Shown in pieces: positions 19,730 to 29,285 of a DNA stretch of 64,000 nt. The position numbers were made by a program, and so were the translations under genes. Under the pieces are notes generated by a model that saw nothing but the letters and a program-made list of their open reading frames with translations, had not been told where the DNA came from and did no database searches. The stretch is from an uncultured Schlesneria sp. GTDB lineage: Bacteria > Planctomycetota > Planctomycetia > Planctomycetales > Planctomycetaceae. The DNA is taken from NCBI GenBank assembly GCA_903911795.1, contig CAIWEX010000067.1, positions 2,684-66,683 of the forward strand. Reading direction: 5' to 3'. How positions within the stretch are numbered: the first letter of the stretch is position 1; each line of letters starts with the position of its first letter.

Positions 19730-21112
19730 TTGATGAAGAAGTTGTGTTTGATGCTACTGGGGGTGTTGGCGCTGGGGTCAGCCGCCGACGCCGGCCACTG
19801 GCGCAGGGCACGCTGCTGCGACCCATGTGCGGCGCAGTGTAGCCCGAGTCCATGCTGTGTGAGTGCTCCGGCACCCGCACCAGTCACGACCGCCTGCGCT
19901 CCGGCGATGGTCGAGCGGACTGTTTTGGAATCCGTGATGGTGACCGAAACACGCAAGGTGCAAGTGACCGAGTACAAGCAGGAACCACGAGTTCGCAAGT
20001 ACACAGTCACCAAGATGGTGCCGCGCGAAGAACAACGCACGCGCACCGTGGCTTACACCGAGATGGAACCTCGCGTCCGCGAAGAGAAGTACATCGAGTG
20101 TAAGACGGTCACAGAAACTGTTGATCAAGCGTACACAGAAATGGTCCCGTACACGGAAACCCGCAAGGGAACCCGCTGCGTGGTCACTCCTGTGACGAAA
20201 AATGTTGATCAGCAGTACACGGTGATGGTTCCGTACACAGAAACCCGCAAGGGAACCCGCTGTGTTCTGACCCCCGTGACCGAAAACGTTCAGCAGTCCT
20301 ACACCGTCAATGTTCCTTACCAGGAACAGCGAACGGGGACCCGGACCGTTGTCGAATGCGTCCCGGTCGTCCAGACCCGGACCGTCTGCGAAGACCAGGG
20401 TCACTGGGAACAGCGCTGCGTTCCGGTAGCGAATGGCTGTCAGTCATGTGGCGTTGCCACCAACTGCTGCCGTCCTCGCCGCCACTTCGCCTGTGGCTGC
20501 GATGCCTGTGCTCCTTGTGCTAGCTGTGCACCAGTTCCCGTCTGCAACACTGTCGTCACCCAGAACGTCTGGGTTCCGAAAATCGTTCAGCGCGAAGTTC
20601 AGTGCACGGTTAACGTTCAGCAGTGCAAGCAAGTGCCATTCACGTACACCGTGACACTGTGCAAGCCAGAAGTTCGCACTCGAACTGTCCAGGTCTGCAA
20701 GATGGTTCAGTCGCAACAGGACTACGATTACCAGGTCCAGCTCTGCAAGCCAGAAGTGCGCACCCGCACTGTCCAGGTCTGCGAGATGGTTCAGTCACAG
20801 CAGGAATACGAATACCAGGTTCAGCTCTGCAAGGCTGAGCCACGTGTTCGCAAGGTGACGGTCTGCAAGCAGGTTCCAGAAGAGAAGACTCGTATGATCA
20901 ACTACACTGTCTGTGTTCAGAAGACACGACAGGAACCGTACACAGTCACCGTCTGTGATCCTGTGAACGAAGAAAAGACCGAAAACTACACTGTCTGTGT
21001 TCCAGTCTGTGTGGAAAAAGAAGTCCAGGTTCAGGTCTGCAAGATGGTCGAAAAGAAGATCATGGTTCCCGCACCACAGCCATGCTGTCAACCAGCTCCC
21101 TGCTGCCGCTAG
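19730..21112 (+). CDS. Cys/Val/Thr-rich YTV-repeat secreted protein
   Basis: Signal peptide, many YTV/YQV motifs, 28-aa repeats, Cys-rich termini and centre. Confidence 0.85.
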   Translation: MMKKLCLMLLGVLALGSAADAGHWRRARCCDPCAAQCSPSPCCVSAPAPAPVTTACAPAMVERTVLESVMVTETRKVQVTEYKQEPRVRKYTVTKMVPREEQRTRTVAYTEMEPRVREEKYIECKTVTETVDQAYTEMVPYTETRKGTRCVVTPVTKNVDQQYTVMVPYTETRKGTRCVLTPVTENVQQSYTVNVPYQEQRTGTRTVVECVPVVQTRTVCEDQGHWEQRCVPVANGCQSCGVATNCCRPRRHFACGCDACAPCASCAPVPVCNTVVTQNVWVPKIVQREVQCTVNVQQCKQVPFTYTVTLCKPEVRTRTVQVCKMVQSQQDYDYQVQLCKPEVRTRTVQVCEMVQSQQEYEYQVQLCKAEPRVRKVTVCKQVPEEKTRMINYTVCVQKTRQEPYTVTVCDPVNEEKTENYTVCVPVCVEKEVQVQVCKMVEKKIMVPAPQPCCQPAPCCR

Positions 21113-21158
21113 AACTCATTGACTTTCTTTCAGCCCGCTATGCAAATCGGATTTGCAG

Positions 21159-21191
21159 AAGCCCCATGCCAAACGGCATGGGGCTTTTTTT
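21159..21191 (+). terminator. Intrinsic terminator of the YTV gene
   Basis: Perfect 12-bp stem AAGCCCCATGCC-aaac-GGCATGGGGCTT followed by a T-tract. Confidence 0.9.
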
Positions 21192-21332
21192 ACGAATTGA
21201 GGAAATAGAGGTGATGCCGAATTGGGATTGCTCCCCACTGCGGATGCGTCGTAAAGTGACCGCTCGCGGTAGCAGGCCAAACGTCTCATTCGCTGCTATG
21301 TTCACTCCGTCGATACGCAGGCGATATCAATC

Positions 21333-21890
21333 ATGCCGCAAGTTCGCAACGAAATCGCTGCTCTACTCTTCGTCGTAGCAACCGTAGCTGTCGCAGCGTG
21401 GCAGGTCACGTCATTTGCTTCTCGTGATTCGCGTCCGCTACTACCCAGGTACAGCGTAACAGCCTCGGGGGCCATTGAAGTTCCCGTCGATCTGCTGGCA
21501 ATGCCATCTGTCGAGGACGACCGGATCGAGACTGTCGCGTTGTCTCGCCAGGCACGTTGGCTGCATGGCCGCAAGGTTGTAATGAACGGAGTGATGTTCG
21601 CGACCTTCGATGAGACCGGAATAACACACTACCTCTTTTCACCGGAAACGAGAGGAAGGGGATATCATTTCGGGAGTTCCATTCCGCTGTACCTGGCAAT
21701 CCAGGTTTCGACTCTTGAGGGACATACTGAGGACTTTCAACGTCGTCCATTTACTGTCGAAGGCATTTTCGAGATCGACCTTCTATCCGAAGATGGCAAA
21801 TGCTTCGGGGCCTATCATCTGCGCGACGCCAGGATTGTTCAAAAGAATGTCCGGCTTCGATATCGGAACCCGCAGAGATTCGGCTGTTGA
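21333..21890 (+). CDS. Membrane-anchored protein, DUF3299-like
   Basis: N-terminal TM helix; LHGRKVVMNG.M...FTVEGIF...YHL pattern resembles DUF3299 from memory. Confidence 0.55.
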   Translation: MPQVRNEIAALLFVVATVAVAAWQVTSFASRDSRPLLPRYSVTASGAIEVPVDLLAMPSVEDDRIETVALSRQARWLHGRKVVMNGVMFATFDETGITHYLFSPETRGRGYHFGSSIPLYLAIQVSTLEGHTEDFQRRPFTVEGIFEIDLLSEDGKCFGAYHLRDARIVQKNVRLRYRNPQRFGC

Positions 21891-21988
21891 AGTCGAGCGA
21901 GATTTGAAGAATCGTTGAGCCCGTGAATCGTGGCCAGGACTCGCATCGCATTGCTCAGTGCCAACCAGACGTTGATTTTTGAACACGC

Positions 21989-22154
21989 ATCAGCCGGAAC
22001 GCGTTACGGCCTAATGATTTAATCGCGCGAAGGGTGTCCCAACGACGACGAATAAGGACTTACGAAAGCAGTTTTCGACGTAATTCCTTAAACCTCGTTA
22101 CAGGCTTTGCTCGATCCCGATTAAATCAACATGCCGTAGCGCGTTCCGGCTGAT
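21989..22154. repeat. 166-bp MITE/REPIN-like element, family B variant
   Basis: 37-bp terminal inverted repeats matching at 33/37 (ATCAGCCGGAACGCG(T/C)TACGGC...TGATTTAATCG). Confidence 0.8.
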
Positions 22155-22179
22155 GGGGTTATTGAAATCAACGATTCTC

Positions 22180-23373
22180 TAAATGACCGCTCTCGATTGT
22201 GGAGCGCGCGGTGGATCGCGAAAAAAATAGTGAAAAAGATATGGGGAACCCTTACCTTGGAGGTATCACAACTCCAAATCAAGGAAGGAGTTCCCCCATG
22301 GAAGGCATTGTTTCAGTCTCGGCGGAGTGCGCCAAGCAAAAGTTGTTGGAGCAGTTAAAGTTTCTGTGTGATGCACGGTTGCGGACTCGGTATCTGATCA
22401 TAATTCACTTGTTGGAGGGAAAATCGCCAACGTGGATTTCCGAGTCACTGAAGGTCAGCCGCAGTACTGTTTACCGAACGAACACCCGATTCAACGAGGA
22501 AGGAGAAGCGGGGCTGTTCGACCATCGGGACGGAAATGGACAGCGAAAGCTGACAGAAGAGTATTTGGCGCAGTTACGCCAGGCCGTGTCCGAAGATCCT
22601 CCGGACTATGGTTGGATGCGACCAACTTGGACGCGCGAATTGTTGATCAAGGCGCTCAAGCGAACGACCCGCGTTGAGATTGGCCTGTCGACGATGAGTC
22701 GGGCCTTGCAATTGATCGGGGCGCGGCGAGGGCGTCCGAAGCCAACAGTTGCCTGCCCTTGGCCGGAAGCTGAAAAACAACAATATTTGCAAGGTATCCA
22801 GAAGCTTCAGACTGACCTGCCGCCAAATGAGGTGGTCGTTTGGGAGGATGAGATCGACATCCATCTGAACCCCAAAATCGGCGATGGATGCTTCGCGGCC
22901 AGCAGAAGTCTGTGCTTACGCCGGGCAGAAACGAGAAACGTTACCTGGCAGGCGCTCAGGAGGCGCAGACGAAAGAGCTGATTGTGGTGGAAGGACGCCG
23001 CAAGACTACGGCGCTATTCGTGCTGTTGCTGTGGGAACTGACACAGCGTTTTTCAAAGGCTAAACGGATTCATGTGATCTTGGACAATTACGGAATTCAC
23101 ACGACTCGAATCGTGAAAGAGTGTCTGGCAACCCCCATCGGTCAGAAACTCCAACTGCACTTCCTGCCGCCCTACTGTCCCGACAACAATCGGATCGAGC
23201 GAACTTGGGAGGATCTACACGCGAATGTTACACGGAACCACCGATGCTCCACGATGTCAAAACTCATGAAACACGTTCGAACATACATTCAACGACATAA
23301 TCGAAAATCCAAAGCCGCGTCCACGGCCTAGTCCTTACTTTCCGAGTGTGTCACAATCGTGGTCGGTGATTTA
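22180..23373 (+). mobile_element. IS630-family insertion sequence
   Basis: Imperfect TIRs (CTAAATGACCGCTCTCGATTGTG vs CTAAATCACCGACCACGATTGTG, 19/23) with TA at both ends; encloses a DDE transposase. Confidence 0.85.
22298..23331 (+). pseudogene. IS630 transposase split by a frameshift near 22882-22888
   Basis: HTH region plus WEDEIDIHLNPKIG in frame 1; MLRGQQK...ILDNYGIH...FLPPYCPDNNRIE in another frame. Confidence 0.8.
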
Positions 23374-23473
23374 GCGAAGTTAGTCGCATGGTCTCGTAAT
23401 TCCGTAGGTTTGCGAAGCAAAAGACAAGTGCGAACGACCAACGGAAACGTCAGGTTCGTTCGGAATATCAGGA

Positions 23474-23501
23474 AACCGGACGCTAGCGCGTTCCGGCTGA
23501 T
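23474..23501 (+). repeat. REP-like palindrome, family B
   Basis: AACCGGACGCTAGCGCGTTCCGGCTGAT, matches 26-51 and 46068-46095. Confidence 0.75.
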
Positions 23502-23620
23502 CGCTGGAGTATCGACAACGTCGCGTTCGTTAACACGGTCGCTGGTCGTACCGTATTCCACTGTGGGATTTCGCTTGGCAAAGACCAAACTGGTCTCTGA
23601 TGCTCACGCCCGCTTCGCTC

Positions 23621-23701
23621 AAGACGCAAAGACGCCAAGAATTCAAGAATGCCATGAAGCGCCTGCCAAGAATACTGATTTTCTTTCCTACTTTGCGTCT
23701 T
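23621..23701. repeat. Short inverted-repeat element (AAGACGCAAAG ... CTTTGCGTCTT)
   Basis: Perfect 11-bp inverted repeat about 60 bp apart. Confidence 0.55.
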
Positions 23702-23789
23702 CGCGTGAGACCTCCATCAAGTCCACGCCACGAACGACGCCCAACCGCAGGTCTGCTCTTCGCTCAGAATCGAGTTCGCTCGAGGATCT

Positions 23790-24506
23790 TCAGAGCTCGA
23801 GGAACGAGTCTCGAAAGCTGGTCATCCGCACCGATTCCCGGCTGACGAACGGTTCACCGTATTTTGTTCCGATGCTCCAGCCCCAGTACCGGGCACGGTC
23901 GCGAATGTCGTCGAGAGTCGTGGGGAACTCCTGAGATTTTCCGGTGATGAACTGACTCTGATAGCAGGCGATGGATTTCATTTTCACATCGATCGCATCA
24001 CTGATGTCGAACACAAATGCGGGCTGCGGATGGATTCGCAGATGGATGCTGAAGTAGTACAGAATGCGTGGCGGGTGATACGGTTCACCGGGCATATCCG
24101 TTCGCGATAACTTCGACCAGAACCGTGCCGCATCCACCAGACTCGACGCCACCACATGGTCCGGGTGACTGTCCTCCCAGTACGGGGCGAGAATCAGTCG
24201 AGGTCGGGTGAGTCGAAAGATCGAAGCGAGGGAACGTCGAGCCTCCAGGGTATGTTCGAGCGAGCGGTTCGGCAGCCCCAGGTTGTGTCGCCAATCGAGG
24301 CCCAGAACGCTGGTGGCTGCAGCCGTTTCAGCAGCGCGAATTTCAGGCGAACCATGCGGAGTAGGTTCGCCCGACGTGAGTTCGACGACTCCCACGCGCA
24401 GTTTCTGCCGCTGGCAACTGACCAATGTTCCTCCGACACCGATTTCCGCATCATCGGGATGAGGAGCAACTACAAGCACATCAAGGGGTAATGACAACGA
24501 ATCCAT
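23790..24506 (-). CDS. bshB1: PIG-L family deacetylase, BshB1-like
   Basis: APHPDDAEIG, SGEPTPHG, DSHPDH, Y.SQF, RARYWG...YGEPF. Confidence 0.75.
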   Translation of the reverse strand: MDSLSLPLDVLVVAPHPDDAEIGVGGTLVSCQRQKLRVGVVELTSGEPTPHGSPEIRAAETAAATSVLGLDWRHNLGLPNRSLEHTLEARRSLASIFRLTRPRLILAPYWEDSHPDHVVASSLVDAARFWSKLSRTDMPGEPYHPPRILYYFSIHLRIHPQPAFVFDISDAIDVKMKSIACYQSQFITGKSQEFPTTLDDIRDRARYWGWSIGTKYGEPFVSRESVRMTSFRDSFLEL

Positions 24507-24646
24507 TGTAGCTCGACTGCTGGAGGAAGGTCAGATCGTCTCGACACATCAAAACTGTTCTGAGATAAGGTCTGGCTGAGAGGGTGATCGACGCCCGCAT
24601 CAAATGCAAGGCGAACGTCCCACGCCCGAACTCCGAAAGGCTCGAC

Positions 24647-24931
24647 ATGCTGCGCCATCACGTCGGTTTGATTCTGTTACTCGCGATCACCTGCGGCGGA
24701 CTGTCGGGGTGCGCATCGGGATTTGGGTTCAATCGAACCAAATTCGCCAAGGGTGAACAGTGGGAACCGAATGTCGATGAGGAGCCGGCTGCTCCGTCGA
24801 AAGACTGGCGCAAATCCGCTTCGTCATTGAGAAGCGAGAGCAATCGCAAGAGCAATGAAGACCCGATTGACAAACTGTTGTGGTCGGACGAATCCCGCGA
24901 CATCAATCGCAGCTTGGGTGGAAGCTTGTAG
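24647..24931 (+). CDS. Small predicted lipoprotein
   Basis: LILLLAITCGGLSGC lipobox. Confidence 0.65.
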   Translation: MLRHHVGLILLLAITCGGLSGCASGFGFNRTKFAKGEQWEPNVDEEPAAPSKDWRKSASSLRSESNRKSNEDPIDKLLWSDESRDINRSLGGSL

Positions 24932-25347
24932 TTGGGCCAGCGCACTCTGAGAAAGCGGCCTTCATCAGGACAGGTATTCGTACCACTGCTTTCCACAGGA
25001 TTTGTCCGCCCTCGACTTCTTGGACAGTCCGTGGATTGAGGCGTGGCACCTGGAGCATATTCTTCTGTTCGCGATGCGCGTTGTTTGTCGGGGGAGGCCT
25101 CCGATATGAAGATGTCGAAGCATCAGGGATTCGATCGCGCAGATATTGTCACGAACGATCGCCCACGATGTCTGGCAATTGATTTCTGAATAGGTTCTTC
25201 ACGGAACACAGACGGCACCATTCGCATCACGATCGGGGCCAGAGGTCCGCTGGTATTCCAAATCACCGAATTTCTGTAGACTTTACCCAACTGAATCCAT
25301 GGGTACTGCCGCGATGAATCCGGTGGTGAGGCGACTGTCGAACACCT

Positions 25348-27789
25348 TTGATAGATTCCCTGATAATGAATTTGCTCGTCGATGACTCGCGCCGCTTATC
25401 TCGTCCGGCATTCATTCTGATCTGGTGGTTTGCTGGTGCTTCAGTGACCGCAGGCGCGGATGGGTTGAATCCTAAAGTGGATGCCTACCTCAAGACGTAC
25501 TGCCTCACTTGTCATGGCGAAAACGCGACGAAGAGCGATTTTCGAATCGACAAGCTCTCTGTCAAAGTTGGATTCGAGAACACGCCGCAGTGGCTGGAAA
25601 TCATCGAGCGAATCAACTCGGGTGAGATGCCTCCCAAAGATGCGAAGCCGTTGCCGACTGCCGATGAGAACTCGGCGGTTGTCGAATGGCTCGCGGCACG
25701 GATCAAAGAGGGAGAAGCGGCCCGCATGGCCGCACGTGGTCGCGTTTCATACAACCGACTGACCCGCGATGAATACGTCAACACCGTGCGTGATCTAATC
25801 GGCGTGCATTTCGATGCGACCGATCCAACCGGCTTCCCGGAAGATCCTGAGTGGCACGGCTTCGAACGATTGGGTTCCGTCCTGACTCTGTCGCCGTCAA
25901 ACATCGAAAAGTATCTGGCGGCTGCAGAGACGATCCTCGCCGAAGCCTATCCCGCAAAAAAGCCCGTGTATTTTGAAGCCACCAAGCCTGCCGTTCCGGC
26001 GGATCACATCGAAGAGACGCACCGAGCACGTCTGAAAGAGTTGGGGCTATTGGACAAGGTACGGTTCGAAATGTGGGCGGGAGATATCTTTCGAACTTCA
26101 GTCCTGCAGTCGTTACCTGAGGCTGGTATCTATGAAATCAGTTACAAGTTGAGCGGCTTGAAACCTGAGAATGGTCGAGCACCCCGTTTGATGGTCTATG
26201 AAAAGACGCTTGATCGCATCCTCTTCGAACAGGATATCCTCGCGCCGGAAGAGAAGCCGATCACGGTCACGTTTCGAGCTCATCTGCCGAAAGGGCATCC
26301 CAGCATCGATGTCATCAACAATATCCCTGGTCCCTCGAATAACTTTCGTGCGGGACGCCATGGCTACAAGCCGTTTATCAGCACGAAAGATGGTCGAATT
26401 CCCTGGCAGATGAAGTTAACCGACGAACAAGGGCGACCTCGCTATTCGTTTTTGATTCTCGATGAAGTTTCGTGGCGCGGTCCGCTGATCACGGAGCAGG
26501 AACAGCAGCGACGCAATGAGTATTGGCCGACAGAGGCTGGAAAGATGGAACATGTGCGGGCCGGCCTCGGCAAGATGGCCCGTCGTGCATTTCGCAGACC
26601 TGTGTCTGATGTTGAGTTAGATGGCTACGTCGGCATCGTCAAAGCCGAACTTGCCGCTGGCGAAGCTTTCCCCGACGCTGTCAAAGCTGGCATGCTCTCG
26701 ATCCTCTGCTCAAAGAGTTTCCTGTTTCTGGCCGAAGGTGATGAGAACGCGAATCGCCAGACTCTTAACGACTGGGAGATCGCATCCCGGCTGTCGTACA
26801 TGCTCTGGAGTACGATGCCGGACGACGAACTGTTCGCGCTGGCCGAACAAGGAAAGCTGCGAGACAAAACCGAACTGAAGCGACAAGTTCAACGCCTGCT
26901 GGCCGATCCTCGGGCCGAGCGTTTCACCGAGTCGTTCGCTTCGCAATGGTTGAATTTGCGAAAAGTGGGAATGTTCCCGCCAGACAAGAAGCTTTATCCA
27001 GACTACGATAAGTCGCTGGAAAAGAGCATGGTTGGTGAGACGACGGCGTTCTTCCGAGAAGTATTGCAACGCGGACTGACATTGCGAGAGTTCTTGCATT
27101 CCGACTGGACCATGGTGAATTCGCGACTGGCTCAGTTCTATGGTCTGCCGAATATTGAGGGATCAGAGTTTCAACGGATTTCGCTGACGCCTGATAGTCA
27201 TCGCGGTGGCCTGCTGACTCAGGCCTCCATTCTGTCGTTGACCTCCGACGGTACACGGCATCGACCAGTGCATCGCGGCAAGTGGGTTTCGGAGTCGATC
27301 TTCGGCAAGTCACCGCCACCACCTCCGGCCAATGTGGACCCGATCGCTCCCAATCCTGTCGACTCACCCAAAGCGACTCTGCGGATGAAACTGGAAGCCC
27401 ATATTCACGATGCAAAGTGTGCGTCATGTCATCGCAAGATCGACCCGCTCGGCCTGGCCTTCGAAAACTACGATGCCATCGGACGCTGGCGGACGCACGA
27501 AGAGGTTGAAGGGACCGGCGACAATCCGTCCGTGAACCCCAGCGGCAAGTTGTCCGACGGACGCAGTTATCAGACCCCGGAAGAATTCAAGAAACTGCTG
27601 CTCGCGGACATTGATTCGTTCAATACCGCTTTCATCGAGAAGCTGGCGACATACAGCCTGCGTCGCACGATGTCGTTTGATGATCGAGAGGGTCTTGCCG
27701 CAATCGCAAAAGAAAGCCGTGCTCGCGACTACCGATTGCGGGACTTGATCCAGGTGATTGTGATTTCCGATTTGTTTCAAAAGCGATAG
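25348..27789 (+). CDS. DUF1592/DUF1588-type protein with two CxxCH motifs
   Basis: CLTCH, GEMPP, RLTRDEY.NTVRDL, ASRLSYMLWSTMPD, GGLLTQAS, RPVHRGKWV, CASCH. Start 25348 (TTG) or 25366. Confidence 0.9.
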   Translation: MIDSLIMNLLVDDSRRLSRPAFILIWWFAGASVTAGADGLNPKVDAYLKTYCLTCHGENATKSDFRIDKLSVKVGFENTPQWLEIIERINSGEMPPKDAKPLPTADENSAVVEWLAARIKEGEAARMAARGRVSYNRLTRDEYVNTVRDLIGVHFDATDPTGFPEDPEWHGFERLGSVLTLSPSNIEKYLAAAETILAEAYPAKKPVYFEATKPAVPADHIEETHRARLKELGLLDKVRFEMWAGDIFRTSVLQSLPEAGIYEISYKLSGLKPENGRAPRLMVYEKTLDRILFEQDILAPEEKPITVTFRAHLPKGHPSIDVINNIPGPSNNFRAGRHGYKPFISTKDGRIPWQMKLTDEQGRPRYSFLILDEVSWRGPLITEQEQQRRNEYWPTEAGKMEHVRAGLGKMARRAFRRPVSDVELDGYVGIVKAELAAGEAFPDAVKAGMLSILCSKSFLFLAEGDENANRQTLNDWEIASRLSYMLWSTMPDDELFALAEQGKLRDKTELKRQVQRLLADPRAERFTESFASQWLNLRKVGMFPPDKKLYPDYDKSLEKSMVGETTAFFREVLQRGLTLREFLHSDWTMVNSRLAQFYGLPNIEGSEFQRISLTPDSHRGGLLTQASILSLTSDGTRHRPVHRGKWVSESIFGKSPPPPPANVDPIAPNPVDSPKATLRMKLEAHIHDAKCASCHRKIDPLGLAFENYDAIGRWRTHEEVEGTGDNPSVNPSGKLSDGRSYQTPEEFKKLLLADIDSFNTAFIEKLATYSLRRTMSFDDREGLAAIAKESRARDYRLRDLIQVIVISDLFQKR

Positions 27790-27845
27790 CCGCAGCAAAA
27801 CGACCGCAAACTTAAAACGCCGAACTTCCTCCACGGAAATTTCCA

Positions 27846-29228
27846 ATGAGCAACGTGAACACCAATAAATGGCTGATCAGTCGGCGGCAGATGCTGCGCG
27901 GGATGGGAGTTTCAATGGCACTGCCGCTGCTGGACTGCATGGCCGCACCAAGCGCTGCTGCTCCTGGACTGCCTGCTGCCACAAAGCCAAAGCGGAGTGT
28001 GTTTCTCTACATTCCGAATGGTGTCAATACACTCACCTGGCAGATCGAAAAAGACGGCAAACAATTCGAATTTTCCAAGCCGATGGCGTCGCTGGAACGA
28101 CATCGTGCGGACGTCACACCGATCAGCGGGTTGCATCATCCGATGGTGCTCGGCAAGCATCACAATTGCGACAAAGTCTGGCTGACCGGAGCGAATGTCC
28201 CCGGCGACGGTGGTGCCTTTCGTAATACGGTCTCGGCAGATCAACTCATGGCCGAAGTCCAGGGGCAGTCGACTCGATTCGCCTCACTGGAACTGGCGAT
28301 CGAAGGCCATTCGCTCGCCTGGTCTCGAGAAGGGATTCAGATCCCAGCTGAGCGAAACACTCGTAACATTTTCAACATGTTGTACGGTGTCGAAAAAGAG
28401 AGTAAGAGTGCGATCAGTCGCAGACTCAGTCGGCGTGGCAGCATCCTGGATGTTGTCGCAGACGATGCCAAGCGGGTGAATCAGAAGCTTGGAGCGGAAG
28501 ACCGATCGAAGCTCGACGAATATCTGACTGCGGTCCGGCAGGTCGAAGTTCGTACCGAACGCGCCGAATCATGGCTCAATATCCCCAAACCCAAAATCGA
28601 TCCGGCGGACGAAGCACGTCTGACACGCAAAGTCGATATCTCACGAGTCCGCGAGTACTACTCGCTGTTTTCGGATCTGATGGTCCTGGCGTTAAGGACA
28701 GATTCGACACGTGTCATCACCTGCATGATTTGCAGCGAGTCGAATGGTGGGTCGATCCCTGATATCGGCATCTCGCAAACACGCCACGGCCTGTCGCATC
28801 ACAATGGTGATCCTGAACAACTTCGTCGCTTAACGGAGACGGACACTTTCCTGATTGAGCAATTCAGCTACTTCCTTGACCAGCTCAAGACACACCAGGA
28901 GGACGGTCGTTCGCTGTTGGACACGACTCAAGTTCTCTGGGGAAGCGGCATGGCCTATGGGCACAGTCATGGCAATGCGAACTTGCCAACAATCCTTGCC
29001 GGTGGCCGTGCATTGGGCTATCAGCATGGTCAGCACGTCGATTTCAACTTGCCGAAGATCGGTCAATACAACGTGGCAGACGCGAATGCCCACTATCGCA
29101 TTTGCTCGCGGCCGATCGATGACAACGCGCGACTGAGTAACCTGCTGCTGACCATGTGCCAGCGAGTCGATGTCGAAGCCGACCGATTCCAGGACAGTCT
29201 CGGCACGATCTCGAAAGTGCTGACGTAG
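27846..29228 (+). CDS. DUF1552 family protein
   Basis: [52 protein letters not shown]. Confidence 0.9.
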   Translation: MSNVNTNKWLISRRQMLRGMGVSMALPLLDCMAAPSAAAPGLPAATKPKRSVFLYIPNGVNTLTWQIEKDGKQFEFSKPMASLERHRADVTPISGLHHPMVLGKHHNCDKVWLTGANVPGDGGAFRNTVSADQLMAEVQGQSTRFASLELAIEGHSLAWSREGIQIPAERNTRNIFNMLYGVEKESKSAISRRLSRRGSILDVVADDAKRVNQKLGAEDRSKLDEYLTAVRQVEVRTERAESWLNIPKPKIDPADEARLTRKVDISRVREYYSLFSDLMVLALRTDSTRVITCMICSESNGGSIPDIGISQTRHGLSHHNGDPEQLRRLTETDTFLIEQFSYFLDQLKTHQEDGRSLLDTTQVLWGSGMAYGHSHGNANLPTILAGGRALGYQHGQHVDFNLPKIGQYNVADANAHYRICSRPIDDNARLSNLLLTMCQRVDVEADRFQDSLGTISKVLT

Positions 29229-29285
29229 CATTCCCGTTTGCCGTGCGAGCATTCATCGTCGCTTCACCCCGAATGATAAATCACC

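Noticed and set aside
23359-23934. 191-aa ORF after the IS630
   Set aside because: Runs through repeat elements and antisense into bshB1; composition is not protein-like.
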